The notes under the pieces: model-generated
Told to the model about the DNA's origin: nothing
Databases searched by the model: none
The model's input: the letters and a program-made list of their open reading frames with translations, nothing else
Translations under genes and position numbers: made by a program
Shown: one piece after another, positions 10,370 to 20,338 of the stretch
Numbering within the stretch: position 1 is the first letter of the stretch
Layout: every line of letters starts with the position of its first letter
Virus record (IMG/VR): IMGVR_UViG_3300021256_000078
Coordinates: 31,238 to 95,237 of that record
Length of the DNA stretch: 64,000 bases
Direction: 5' to 3' (one strand)
DNA from: a virus
Lineage: Duplodnaviria; Caudoviricetes

Positions 10370-10576
10370 TTAATCATCCACGCGGATGAAATCGTTGTTG
10401 CTCATGCCGCAGTAACTGAGAATGGTCACATACAGCAGGGCCTCATCAAATGATCCAAGCTTGTTGGTATAATATTGCACAATGCCGATGATTACGATTA
10501 GCATCCACAATAAAGCCAACAGGGCACTGATCCCTAACAGCCATCCCAGTGTGTGCCATATAAGTGTTGCGAACAT
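10370..10576 (-). CDS. cassette gene, membrane protein
   Basis: Motif at 10606, AAGGAGG RBS, long TM segment. Confidence 0.7.
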   Translation of the reverse strand: MFATLIWHTLGWLLGISALLALLWMLIVIIGIVQYYTNKLGSFDEALLYVTILSYCGMSNNDFIRVDD

Positions 10577-10680
10577 AATGATTCCTCCTTGTATTTGTTT
10601 TGTTCTCATTACAGGAGGTGTTATTTTTACGAAAAGAAAAACGGGAGAAGACGTAATGTCTCCTCCACAGTTCATCTTTG

Positions 10681-11172
10681 TCAGATAATCTCGTCGTGGT
10701 AGAACCCGTTATCCAACATATGGAATATTTCCTTTCGGAAACTTCCCGATTTGTCCTTCACGGTATTCACCGAAAAGTACTCACCGGGCTCCATGTCCAT
10801 GTTTTCGAACAGGCCCTTGACGAGCTTGAACTTGCTCTTGTTATTCTTCTCCCATTTTCCGTGGTTCTCCCACAGACTCTTGAGGTTGGCTCCAATGGCC
10901 ATTCCTTCCGTCATATTGTCGGTATACCCGCACTGCTCCTTGAGTTGCTTGTTGAAGAGCTTCCCCTGCCGGATCTCGTGAACGAGTCCCCAGATCGTAG
11001 CCGCGGCACACACGCCCTGAACGGTATACACGATAGCATCTGTTCCGTGTCTCCGCCAGAAGCGTCTGAATCCGCTTGGCTTCACTTCGACCTGGACTTC
11101 ATCCTCTACAGGCTCCACCTGCAGGTTTTCAATCTCTTCCATGCTTACTCCTTGAAATGTTTTCTTGCTCAT
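10681..11172 (-). CDS. cassette gene, hypothetical
   Basis: Motif at 11215, RBS, downstream terminator. Confidence 0.7.
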   Translation of the reverse strand: MSKKTFQGVSMEEIENLQVEPVEDEVQVEVKPSGFRRFWRRHGTDAIVYTVQGVCAAATIWGLVHEIRQGKLFNKQLKEQCGYTDNMTEGMAIGANLKSLWENHGKWEKNNKSKFKLVKGLFENMDMEPGEYFSVNTVKDKSGSFRKEIFHMLDNGFYHDEII

Positions 11173-11248
11173 TTGGGTTCTTCCTTTCGTAAATATGATT
11201 TTGAGGTTCTTTCCTCATCATAGAAAATGTAAAATTTACGAAAAAAAT

Positions 11249-11343
11249 AAGAGTTGTAAGCTTCGAACTTACGTCTCCGGTTTCATTCACCATCAGACAC
11301 CACATTTCTGTGGCCCGGCGTGCTACCATTGCACCATTACGGC
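11249..11343 (-). ncRNA. degenerate tRNA-like element
   Basis: D arm GTGC-AATGGTA-GCAC, CCGG/CCGG stem with a 34-nt loop, T arm GTAAG-TTCGAAG-CTTAC; the acceptor stem does not pair and there is no CCA. Confidence 0.5.
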
Positions 11344-11541
11344 GTTAAGGCATTTCAGCCTCCGGGGCATGACCCCCGTGGAGTTTCCGAAACATTAAAT
11401 CTGAATGTCGGTTGTCCTTCTCGGATGTCGATTCATCCATTTCGTTCGCCTCCTCTCTACTATAGTGGTTGTCAATCTTGCGAATTGATGAAAAAATAAA
11501 GGAGAGTCCGCCGATTTTGCGAATCTCTCCTCGAAATCACG

Positions 11542-11676
11542 TCATTTCATAATGAACAGGAGTAATGCACCCACCAGCACAATGCCTGCTGCTCCATAAT
11601 ATGCATATGCCAGGGCGCATAAAATCCCGATCATCAATACCTTTCCTGTGATTTCGGCATGTTTTTTCTCGCTCAA
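11542..11676 (-). CDS. 44-aa two-helix membrane peptide (not in the ORF track)
   Basis: Motif at 11716, AAGGAG RBS, TTG start, ...VLMIGILCALAYAYYGAAGIVLVGALLLFIMK. Confidence 0.6.
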   Translation of the reverse strand: MSEKKHAEITGKVLMIGILCALAYAYYGAAGIVLVGALLLFIMK

Positions 11677-11791
11677 TTTACATCTCTCCTTTAATATTGA
11701 TTCAGAGCCTTTGCTCTACTATAGGAGATGTATTTTTTTCGAACCAAAAAAGGAAAGCCATTGTAAGACTTTCCTTTTGCCTGAAGCTGAT

Positions 11792-13383
11792 TTATTCTGT
11801 TATTCCCAGTCTTTCGTTGATGCTGTCCTTGTTTTCTTCGGCCAGAGTCGCAAAAGTCTGTGCCACCATCAGTGCCTGCTCGCCATCGAGTCCATCGAGT
11901 ACACTGAATATATCCTTCAGTTCTTGTTTGTGTTCCTCCATAAACCCGATAAATTTGTCAAAGGTCTCTGTGGCTCTCTGCACAACATTTTCTGCTCCTA
12001 CAGTTTCTACAATGTTCCAATCATCCATCTCTTGAATTTCCTTTCTTAAATCTAAGATAGCAGATCTTCTGCTTCACTATATGAGTTGTCAGATTTACGA
12101 AAGAAGATAGACCATGCAAATAGTTTTCGGTCTTCGTTCTGATTCTATATGGAATGATTATTCGTAGTCTTCCTCAAATCCTGCATCGTATCGATTCGGG
12201 TTATGCAGCGCCTGCGAAATGTGCTTCCGAACGGCCTCTTCCGTTACTTCTTTCGATTCGTTCACTACTCCATTTTCAAACGTGCTGCAAAATGCACCGT
12301 TCCGATATGTATAATAATTTTCGTACATTGAAGTTGAGACTGTAAATGTCTTTCCTGATTTGATTCCTTCAATAATTTGATCTATTGTTTTATCCATTAT
12401 TACTCTCCTTTCGGTCTATCTTCATCATAAGCGTTGCGGATTTTTCGAATAATGCGAAAAAAATAGAACCCGTGAAAATCACGAGCCCTATTCTTCGGAA
12501 TTACTTCCGTTTTCTCTCCTTGCGGAGCAGCTTCATATCCTGAAGTGCTTCTCCGGTTGTCTGTCCTTCCATGAGCTTGCTGTCCAGCTCCAGAATCTCC
12601 TGATTGGTCAGGGGATGCTTTGTCACGAAATCGAGTCCGGAAACGTCATCCTGTACCTTGCAGGCTTCGATCTTGCCCTGCTCAATGCTGTTGATCGTCC
12701 TGATCACTCCCAGTGCGACCATTCCAGCTGCCGTGAGCACGGGTTTCACGACCTGTGGATACTTTTTGACGGTTTCCTGGATGATTTCTTTCTTTTTCAC
12801 CGCCTTTTCCTTAGTTTCTTCTGCTTTTTTCTTCACTGTGCTCCAGATTTCTTCGAACATTTACTTTTGGCTCCTTTCTGATATGGTAGCTTACTTGCTC
12901 CATTATAGACTCTGTTAATTTTTCGAAAAAAAAATAAAGAGACTGTCAAATTGACAGCCCCTTTACTCTGATTTTTGCTTACTTTCTGTTGATCAGCTTG
13001 TTTCGCAATTCCTTGATAGGTTCCATCATGCCGCGATAAGCCTGCTTTGTCTCGTCCATGTTGTACATGAGCGTCGGGCCTATAAACGTCCCGCCGGCAA
13101 ACCATGTGATGTCCTCACAGACTCTGATGACCCGGTTGATCTTCTCCGCTTCGATCTTCGCCGTCTCGTTCGCAACCTTGTCTTCTTCGATATCGTTCTT
13201 CCGGTTGTTGTCGAGTCGGGTGTTCTCGCGGGTTTCCCATCCTCCGTTGATGTCGCTCAGAGTCTTGAGTGCATTGACACACTTCAGGTATTCCGAGGTT
13301 GTCGCCCCATATTTTTTCATTTCCTCAAGTATGAGACTCCTGGCTTCTTCGATCGCTTCATAGTTCGTCTTTGCGTCAACCAA
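11792..13383 (-). CDS. four single-gene cassettes (11792-12028, 12158-12397, 12501-12860, 12979-13383), hypothetical proteins
   Basis: Each is preceded by a motif copy and RBS and followed by a hairpin, mostly with a U tract. Confidence 0.7.
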
Positions 13384-13437
13384 TTTTTGCCACCTCCAAA
13401 AATATAATGCAGGGATCTCTCCCTATTATAGAACCTG

Positions 13438-14053
13438 TCATTTTTTCGAAAGATTGTTCTGAACCTTTACCGACAGAAATTTTCGTTTCAGTAGCTCATC
13501 CTCGCTGATTCCTGAAAAATCCCATAGTGCTTTTTCCCTGCCGTCCTCTTCCTGAATAGTAATGATCCCGTCCGGTTTTCGGTGGCCTTCACCCTTTCCG
13601 AGAATTCCGATAACATAACCGAGCAGCATGCCAACCGCAAATAAAATGACGTACAGTACCTCCTGGCGCATAATTTCACCTCCTTTCGAAAAAAAAAAAA
13701 GAGACCGGTCAGGTCTCATTTGAAGCTGCCATTTGTTCCCAGAACTGATCCCAGAAGGCTTGTGCTTCTCCTTCTGCCCAGGTTCTTTCAGGCTTAATCT
13801 CCTTGAATCCTGCCGGTTTCTCTTTCTCCTTTACCAGTTTTTCACTGGTCCTGATTTCTCGGATTTCTCTAAACATAAATTTCCCTCCTTATTCGTCATC
13901 GTCATCAAGTTCGATTTTCGGTCCGATCAGGCTTGTGATGATTTTGCTCAGGAACATGATCTCACCGGGGTCCAATGTCCCGATGAACTTCAGTACCTTC
14001 GCAATAAGCCCTCTCATTACCTTACGGTCTTCCTTGCTCATTTTCTTAAACAT
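13438..14053 (-). CDS. three small genes (13889-14053, 13709-13876, 13438-13671 with a TM helix)
   Basis: Motif at 14087; AAGGAG/GGAGG RBSs; the first two were translated by hand. Confidence 0.6.
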
Positions 14054-14162
14054 GACTGAATTCTCCTTTTCTGTTTAAATTTCTTCCTACTATAGAAGCT
14101 GTAAATTCTTCGAATAACGATAAAAAGAGAAGTCGGTGTGACTTCTCTCAGAAATTCTGTGC

Positions 14163-15528
14163 TTAAATCATCTGTTGATAGATCCAGGTTGTGTCTTCAC
14201 TTCCCAGGGATACGACCCTCCATTTTTCCTTCAGGATGTAGTGTTCATCCCGTAATTCGAACACTTCATCCGTGTGGCCCGGTCTGATCGGTCCCATAAA
14301 CTTGTTGTAAATTGCCGCCTTGATTTTTCTTATTTTTAACATTTTAAACAACTCCTTTCTTTCCACTATAGGAGTTGTAAATCTTACGAAATGGCAAAAA
14401 TATAAGGGACTGTCAGCTTCGACAATCCCTTTTCCGTGACAAGGCCCTTACTTATCCATGTAGCCGGAAATGTATGCCATGAATGCAATAAGTCCAACCA
14501 GCCATAGCGCAAGTCCCAGTGTGATGCTGACGTACATCAGAACCGCTTCCCATCCGGTGTCTACCGCATAGACGAGAAACACTCCGATTGCCATCGCCAG
14601 CAACGCCATCAGGATTGCAAAGATTTTTTCTGAGTTTTTCTTTTTCATAGTTTTTACTTCCTTTCTGACAATAAATCCTTGTCACTATAGGAGCTGTCAA
14701 TCTTACGAAATATCAGTCCGTTTTCTCGGATCGTCGTACTGAAGGCCGTAAAACTCATAGAGTTCATTCTCCCGATCCCACAGTTCCATGAGTTTTGTTT
14801 CCATATACTGATCGGCTTTCGAAATATCATCAACCGTCCGAAGCACATCCATGACTTCCTCTTCAAACTGCGTAACAAGAAGCTGGCTCAGAATCGCACA
14901 TTTCTGTGTTTTCATGTCCGGCTCTTCCGGAGCATTCGATGCGGTTTTCAGATCCGGTCTGTAATGCTTCCAGATGGCTTCTGTTTCAGCGAAATATAAT
15001 TCCAGCATCGGGCCAATCTGTCGATCAAGTTCCTGAACGGATCGGACCTCAATGAGTTTGTTGACAACATCCCGTTCGAATTCCGATTTTGTCAACTTAA
15101 TCAGAAGCCCGATTTTGTGCAGGGCAAAAAAGTCTTTGTTCGGTGTTTCCATATTTCCCTCCTGAAAAAATAAAAGAGAGTCATTGCTGACTCTCAGTTT
15201 TTTACTCGAGAACTCTTTCCTGAAGTTCATAACTGATTCTCTGTTCGGTGCACGTCCCTGCAGAACGTTCCAGAATATAACCAAGACGATACAGATCGGG
15301 TGTCCAGATATCCATGGTTAGTTCATTCTTGTGGCACAGATTTCCATTCCGGTATTCATCACGTAGCTCAGCGATATACTTTTCTGCTTCCTCACGTGTT
15401 GCAAATATCCGGCTGATCTCTGTGAAGCTGTCTTTTGTCTGACCTTGGCCCATCTGATCCCATATAATCTTATAATGGTCGTGCATGATAACGTACACCG
15501 TATTGATCTTATAATTCATTTGTCTCAC
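14163..15528 (-). CDS. cassette genes 14163-14366, 14448-14648 (2 TM), 14703-15152, 15202-15528
   Basis: Motif copies at 14363, 14682 and 15544, with RBSs and terminators. Confidence 0.65.
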
Positions 15529-15564
15529 CTCCTTTTATTGTTCTCATTATGGGAGGTGTGATTT

Positions 15565-15885
15565 TTACGATCTTCTTTTCGAAAGTTCCCAGAAAAATAA
15601 TCGATACTGATATCGAAGCTCTGTCGGCAGAACAGTCTGGCTATCGGTTACAAACCGCAAAATATCCTTTCCGACCAATCTGGCGCATTCCTCGATCAGT
15701 TCAATATTGCTACCGATCTGGGCACGCCGGATTCCATCACGAGAAGTCGTATCGCCTTCATTTTTGCTGATTTCGTCAGGCCAGCCGTCCAGTTTGGCAT
15801 AAATACGTTTCCACTCCGGATACTGCAGACAGAAGTGTTTCAGCTCATAAAAACGGTGCTTACTCAGTTGGTATTCAGTTTTCAT
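15565..15885 (-). CDS. conserved phage protein, possible regulator
   Basis: SKHRFYELKHFCLQYPEWK motif; coupled to the HTH gene. Confidence 0.6.
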   Translation of the reverse strand: MKTEYQLSKHRFYELKHFCLQYPEWKRIYAKLDGWPDEISKNEGDTTSRDGIRRAQIGSNIELIEECARLVGKDILRFVTDSQTVLPTELRYQYRLFFWELSKRRS

Positions 15886-16150
15886 TGCACTTACCGGTTG
15901 GAAGCCCTAAAATATAACGAAGGTCCTCATTCGAAGCATTGAAGAGTCTGAGACAGGAGCAGATAACATCAAATGGGGCCCGCTCAAATGATTCGACATG
16001 GTTTCGGTACCGCCATAGTGACGCCGGGCTGCAGTTAATCTTTTTGGCAAGAATATCAACGGATTTTCGATACGTTCTCAGGTAATCCCTGACAAGTCTG
16101 TCAAAACGATCCATGCGTTTCTTGGTCTGCTCATACTTTTCGTCTTTCAT
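15875..16150 (-). CDS. XRE-family HTH regulator (Cro/CI-like)
   Basis: VDILAKKINCSPASLWRY helix-turn-helix; palindromes upstream. Confidence 0.7.
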   Translation of the reverse strand: MKDEKYEQTKKRMDRFDRLVRDYLRTYRKSVDILAKKINCSPASLWRYRNHVESFERAPFDVICSCLRLFNASNEDLRYILGLPTGKCNEN

Positions 16151-16244
16151 AATAGCAATCCTCTTATGTAATAATAGATTGCCGGCCAGCACTAAAAATA
16201 TAGCACGGACCGACTGCTTCATCAAGTAAATCTGTAGCCATTTG

Positions 16245-16303
16245 TTTCCATTTTGAAATTTTCTTTCAGCTTCGAAACATAAACTTTTCTTTCATTTCAG
16301 AAA
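16245..16303. promoter_or_regulatory. three TTTC-N6-GAAA operator-like palindromes upstream of the HTH gene
   Basis: 16245-16258, 16264-16277, 16290-16303. Confidence 0.55.
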
Positions 16304-16368
16304 GATCGTTGTTCAGGATGCTGAAAAAGAATAGATCCTGTAAAATTCAGGATCCATTCTTTTGAGTT

Positions 16369-17087
16369 TTACTCATTTTTGGTGCTTGCACGATACTGTT
16401 CCATGGCAGCTGTATACTTCGAGTACTCTTCATTGTACAGATCTTTAAGTTCTTCGTGTTTTTTCTGGCAACATTTTGCTTCTGCAAGTGCCTTATCGAA
16501 TTTTTCGGTTGAGTCATAGTATGCGTGTATCGATGCATTTGCAATTTTTCTCATGGCTTTATACCTGATGCTTTCGATTTCGGCCCTCAGAACGCATTTT
16601 GCCTGCTTTTTAAGGTTTTTAAATTCTTCTTTCCAGATAATTCGTGATCTGTTCCAATGGACGTTCGCTATTTCTCGATAGTTTTCCATTCGTTTCACAC
16701 CTCCTTTCTACCATAAAAGCTGTAAAAAATGCGAAAATGTCAATAAAAAATGCTTGCAGGAGCGAATGGAAATTCTTCAGATGAACCAATCATCATTCAG
16801 AACTCACAGAATCGCTCCTACAAGCACTGTTTTCCTTATAATCTTGTACTTTTGTAGACATCATCGTTTCGAATCGCATGGTACAGATCTCCGACCGCGT
16901 ACAGGGGCCATAATCCAGAGATAATGAAATTTGCTACAATGATACCTGCGGCATATGGGATAAGGCGATCTCCCTGGTGCCTTCGGTCTATGTTGTAGTG
17001 CTTCTTGAGATAATCCCAACTAAAAATCAGATCATACAGAAACGATAGCCCCCATCCAATAAAGTACAAAATCCATGAAACACTCAT
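16369..17087 (-). CDS. coiled-coil protein (16369-16698) and 2-TM membrane protein (16836-17087)
   Basis: Motif at 16708, RBSs, hydrophobic segments. Confidence 0.65.
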
Positions 17088-17106
17088 AGTTCATTCCTTT
17101 CATATA

Positions 17107-17523
17107 TCAAAATAGTTCCGGCATCACCTCCTTCATACTCACATAGTCATGTGGCGTAAATATAAAGTGATCCAGAACACGAATACCGAGCATCCTGCCG
17201 GCTTCAATAATTACCTTCGTTGCAGAAATATCCTCAGTTGACGGATATGCCGTGCCTCCCGGGTGGTTGTGGCAGATAATAATGGAAACGGCATTCTGCA
17301 GAAGTGCAGTCTTGAACATTGTGCTGACCGGGAAGTGCGTCGCGTTCGTATCTCCGATTCCGACCATATGGTAACTGATTGGTTTCCCACTGGACGTTAC
17401 GTTCACGACATAAACATATTCCCGGTCAAAGTCGGCAAACTGCTCTTTTAGGATCCTTGCGGCGTCAAAGGTATTTCTGATCGGCTCTCTTGCATAAACG
17501 GCATTAATCTCTTCGATGTACAT
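17107..17523 (-). CDS. RadC-like JAB/MPN domain protein
   Basis: DRE, HNHPGG...PSTEDI, LGIRVLDHFI. Confidence 0.9.
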   Translation of the reverse strand: MYIEEINAVYAREPIRNTFDAARILKEQFADFDREYVYVVNVTSSGKPISYHMVGIGDTNATHFPVSTMFKTALLQNAVSIIICHNHPGGTAYPSTEDISATKVIIEAGRMLGIRVLDHFIFTPHDYVSMKEVMPELF

Positions 17524-17557
17524 CCGGACATGAACTTCCGGAATTCTGGATTCATCC

Positions 17558-17875
17558 TTAGTCCGTGGTCCTCAAAAAATAGCTCATATCATCGTCCTTG
17601 AGGTTTTCCATGGCCCAGAGATCGGCCTTCTCCCAAAGACTCTGATATAGTTTGCTGTATGCTTCATTGAATTCGTTCCAGTACCAGATCTTCCAGTTCA
17701 GAACCATGACCAGTTCCGTGAGGTATACGACATTATCTTTCCAGCCTTCAAAGGCCCGATCGAACGTATTCGTAATGGATGCCTCACCGAAAATATCAGC
17801 GGTACTGAAATCTTCCCAGAAGCTTGTCTGAGGTTCCAGACCGGTCATTTCGCACATGTTCTCGAAAAAGCTCAT
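17558..17875 (-). CDS. hypothetical protein
   Basis: FWEDFSTADIFG...YLTELVMVLNWKIW; coupled ORF. Confidence 0.7.
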   Translation of the reverse strand: MSFFENMCEMTGLEPQTSFWEDFSTADIFGEASITNTFDRAFEGWKDNVVYLTELVMVLNWKIWYWNEFNEAYSKLYQSLWEKADLWAMENLKDDDMSYFLRTTD

Positions 17876-18270
17876 TATATCGATTCTCCAAAGATTTCAC
17901 GAAAGAGTCCACGTTCCATCAGAACAGAATCCTGACCGGAATAATCGTTGACAAAAAGCTTCTCAGCAGCAGACTTCTTAAGGACAGCCCAGGACCCTGT
18001 CGGATAAATCCCATTTTGGATTTCGACAATATTCTCATGGATCGGCTCCTGAGTAACTTCGATAACTGTTACACCGAGACACATCTGTTCCAAACAGCTG
18101 TCGCAGGGTTCATAATCTAGGATACAACGTTTGGGAGCTTCAAGGTCCTCACCCCTACCGCCAAGTTTTCCGAGAAGTGCAATCTCGTTCTTTTCCTGGC
18201 CACACCAGAAACAGACCGGAATGCTTGGATTAACACCATACTTTTTAGAGAGACGAATAGAATTACTTAT
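17875..18270 (-). CDS. Zn-finger protein with an ATA start
   Basis: The frame is open from ATA at 18270 (SNSIRLSKKYGVNPSIPVCFWCG...PCDSC), downstream of AAAGGA. Confidence 0.6.
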   Translation of the reverse strand: MSNSIRLSKKYGVNPSIPVCFWCGQEKNEIALLGKLGGRGEDLEAPKRCILDYEPCDSCLEQMCLGVTVIEVTQEPIHENIVEIQNGIYPTGSWAVLKKSAAEKLFVNDYSGQDSVLMERGLFREIFGESI

Positions 18271-18713
18271 AGTACATCATCCTTTCTTTTATTAATAATT
18301 ATTTATGGTTTAGGCATAGCACTCACCTCAAATATAATTAGATTTGTCTAACTCTTTCCGAAACGTAAAGCCTCTAACGCTTCACGCCCTCCATTGTCAT
18401 AAACCTCAAGTAAGTGAATGGCAGTTCTCAGCGCAATCAGACATTCGAGAATGCTCTCTGCACCTTCGATGTTCTTGAGCTGCTGATAGAGTTCAGGCCA
18501 CACTTCCTTAAGGGCGTCTTCGAACATGGATTCGTCGTAGTTGTTGCCGCATTCCTCCTTTAATAATATTTGTATCGGTCGGCTAATGAACGACTTACTA
18601 TATAAAAATAAACCATGACGAAAATGATCTGGTCATGATTGCACAGCGAATAATTGGTGATGATTTGATTTTTGGTCCCATTTCATTCCCGCCATGGTTT
18701 ATTGACAAAAAAG

Positions 18714-18946
18714 TCGTGTGCACTTTCGTGTGCATTATTTTCTTTCACGTGTGCATTTTTCGTTTCAACCCTAATAAATATCTTTCAACTGTGAAACCGG
18801 TAAACCACCAGTAAAACTTAAGAGGCCCAGTATTTACTGAGCCTCTCAAATGGTGGAGATGAGGGGAGTTGAACCCAGTAAAATTACCCCTCAAACTACT
18901 AGCAATTACTGGCTTTCTTGAAAACCGTGTGCACTGTCGTGTGCAT
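18714..18946. other. attP: core 18851-18876 (3' end of tmRNA or tRNA-Ala) with CGTGTGCA arm repeats
   Basis: - strand GGGTTCAACTCCCCTCATCTCCACCA; five direct repeats at about 18715, 18727, 18748, 18926, 18938; adjacent to the integrase. Confidence 0.85.
18821..18846 (-). terminator. hairpin downstream of the attP core
   Basis: AGAGGCTCAG/CTGGGCCTCT stem just after the CCA end. Confidence 0.6.
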
Positions 18947-19982
18947 TTTTGAATAGTTCTTCCATTTTTTCGTTGATGACATCCGCAAACTGGTCTTCTT
19001 TGTCACGCATCACATGCTGATAAACAGTCTTGAGCATGTTGTCAGTTTTATGCCCCATCCGTTTCATGGAATACTTGTCAGGAACTCCTAAGCTGTGAGA
19101 TTCACTAGCCGCAAAGTGTCTGAGATCGTGAAATCTGCATGGCTTAACCCCAACCTTTTCACAGATTCTCTGAAAGCCTTTGTAGATCGCAGCTCCGGTC
19201 ATAGGACAAATATAATCGTTTTCAGATGCTCTTGGAAGCGCATCGATCTTTACAATCAGCGTTTCCGGAACCTTGATCCAACGATCTCCAGACACACTTT
19301 TGGTTGCCTTCAGGGTTTCTCCTTCTTCACCGGTCACTATGGCTCTCTGAATGTGAACCCGGCCATCCGAAATATCACTGAATCTCAGTCCTTTAATTTC
19401 ACTGAGCCTGAGTCCAAGCCAGGAAGCAAGCAGAATCGGAATCTCATATCTGGTTCCTTCTGCTCCCTTCCAGACAGCCTGCATCTGTTCTTCGGTAAAT
19501 ATCATGGCTTCTTTAGGCTTTTTCTGCGGGAGTCTCGTAATGAGAACGAACTGAGGCCTGTATACCCGAAGCACTGCGCTTAGAAATCCATGGGCATTTC
19601 GAATGGTTTTTGGACTGACACCTCTCGCAATATCAGTTCCGATGGCACACTGAATATCTTCCTGCGTCAGATCCGAAATCTTGATGCCTTTCAGATCTTG
19701 AAGTAGGTTTTTCCGAATTCTCTTATACCCGAGAACCGTGGATGGTGACAAAGCTTCCTTCTTACTTTCAATGTACTGGTCCATTGCCTTTCCGACAGTC
19801 AACGGAGTTTTCTTTTCGGTTTCTATTCCTCTCAGAATATCAAGATACTTTTCCTCTGCTTTTTCGATGACGACTACCTTGTCTTCATCGGTTACAGAGT
19901 ATCTTGTTCCATCAACCTGAAACTGAATTCTCCAATTTCCTGACGGGAGTTTTTTCGGTTTTGGAAGTTTGACCTTAGGCAA
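18906..19982 (-). CDS. int: tyrosine integrase
   Basis: Arm-binding N-terminus and core-binding domain; catalytic GLRLSE, TKS, HDLRH, MGH, VYQH. Confidence 0.95.
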   Translation of the reverse strand: MPKVKLPKPKKLPSGNWRIQFQVDGTRYSVTDEDKVVVIEKAEEKYLDILRGIETEKKTPLTVGKAMDQYIESKKEALSPSTVLGYKRIRKNLLQDLKGIKISDLTQEDIQCAIGTDIARGVSPKTIRNAHGFLSAVLRVYRPQFVLITRLPQKKPKEAMIFTEEQMQAVWKGAEGTRYEIPILLASWLGLRLSEIKGLRFSDISDGRVHIQRAIVTGEEGETLKATKSVSGDRWIKVPETLIVKIDALPRASENDYICPMTGAAIYKGFQRICEKVGVKPCRFHDLRHFAASESHSLGVPDKYSMKRMGHKTDNMLKTVYQHVMRDKEDQFADVINEKMEELFKNAHDSAHGFQESQ

Positions 19983-20023
19983 AGAAACCAGTCCTTAAAT
20001 GAAATATCATTCTGAATTGTACT

Positions 20024-20338
20024 TCATTCCTGCGGATTTGTCAAACCCTGTTTCTTCTCATAGTATTCTTTGAGGGCAGTTGCGTAGTCCTGCTTATCGG
20101 GAACAGCAGGAAAGATTGTTCCGAAAACCTTGTATTGAGCAAAGGTCTCTTTGTCGCGATCTGCCATCTCAAGAATTTGCTTTATGACAACGTAGGCCGA
20201 TTCGATTTGAACAGGATCATTCACTTTAAAGTCAATCTCGTTCGTAATTGAGTCGATCAGTTGCTCAGAACGACGGTCAATGGAGTCACAGATGGCTTGA
20301 TATACCCGCTGGTCTTCACCCAACGTCTTGAATATCAT
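20024..20338 (-). CDS. hypothetical protein
   Basis: Coupled by ATGA overlap to the upstream gene. Confidence 0.65.
   Translation of the reverse strand: MIFKTLGEDQRVYQAICDSIDRRSEQLIDSITNEIDFKVNDPVQIESAYVVIKQILEMADRDKETFAQYKVFGTIFPAVPDKQDYATALKEYYEKKQGLTNPQE

Noticed and set aside
8963-16735. CRISPR array
   Set aside because: The repeats are degenerate and separated by hundreds of bases of coding sequence; no cas genes
16750-16827. Large-loop inverted repeat as a MITE or ncRNA
   Set aside because: Single copy with no target duplication; adequately explained as the terminator after 16836-17087
18851-18876. Complete tRNA or tmRNA gene
   Set aside because: Only the T loop and acceptor 3' strand are present, which fits an att core
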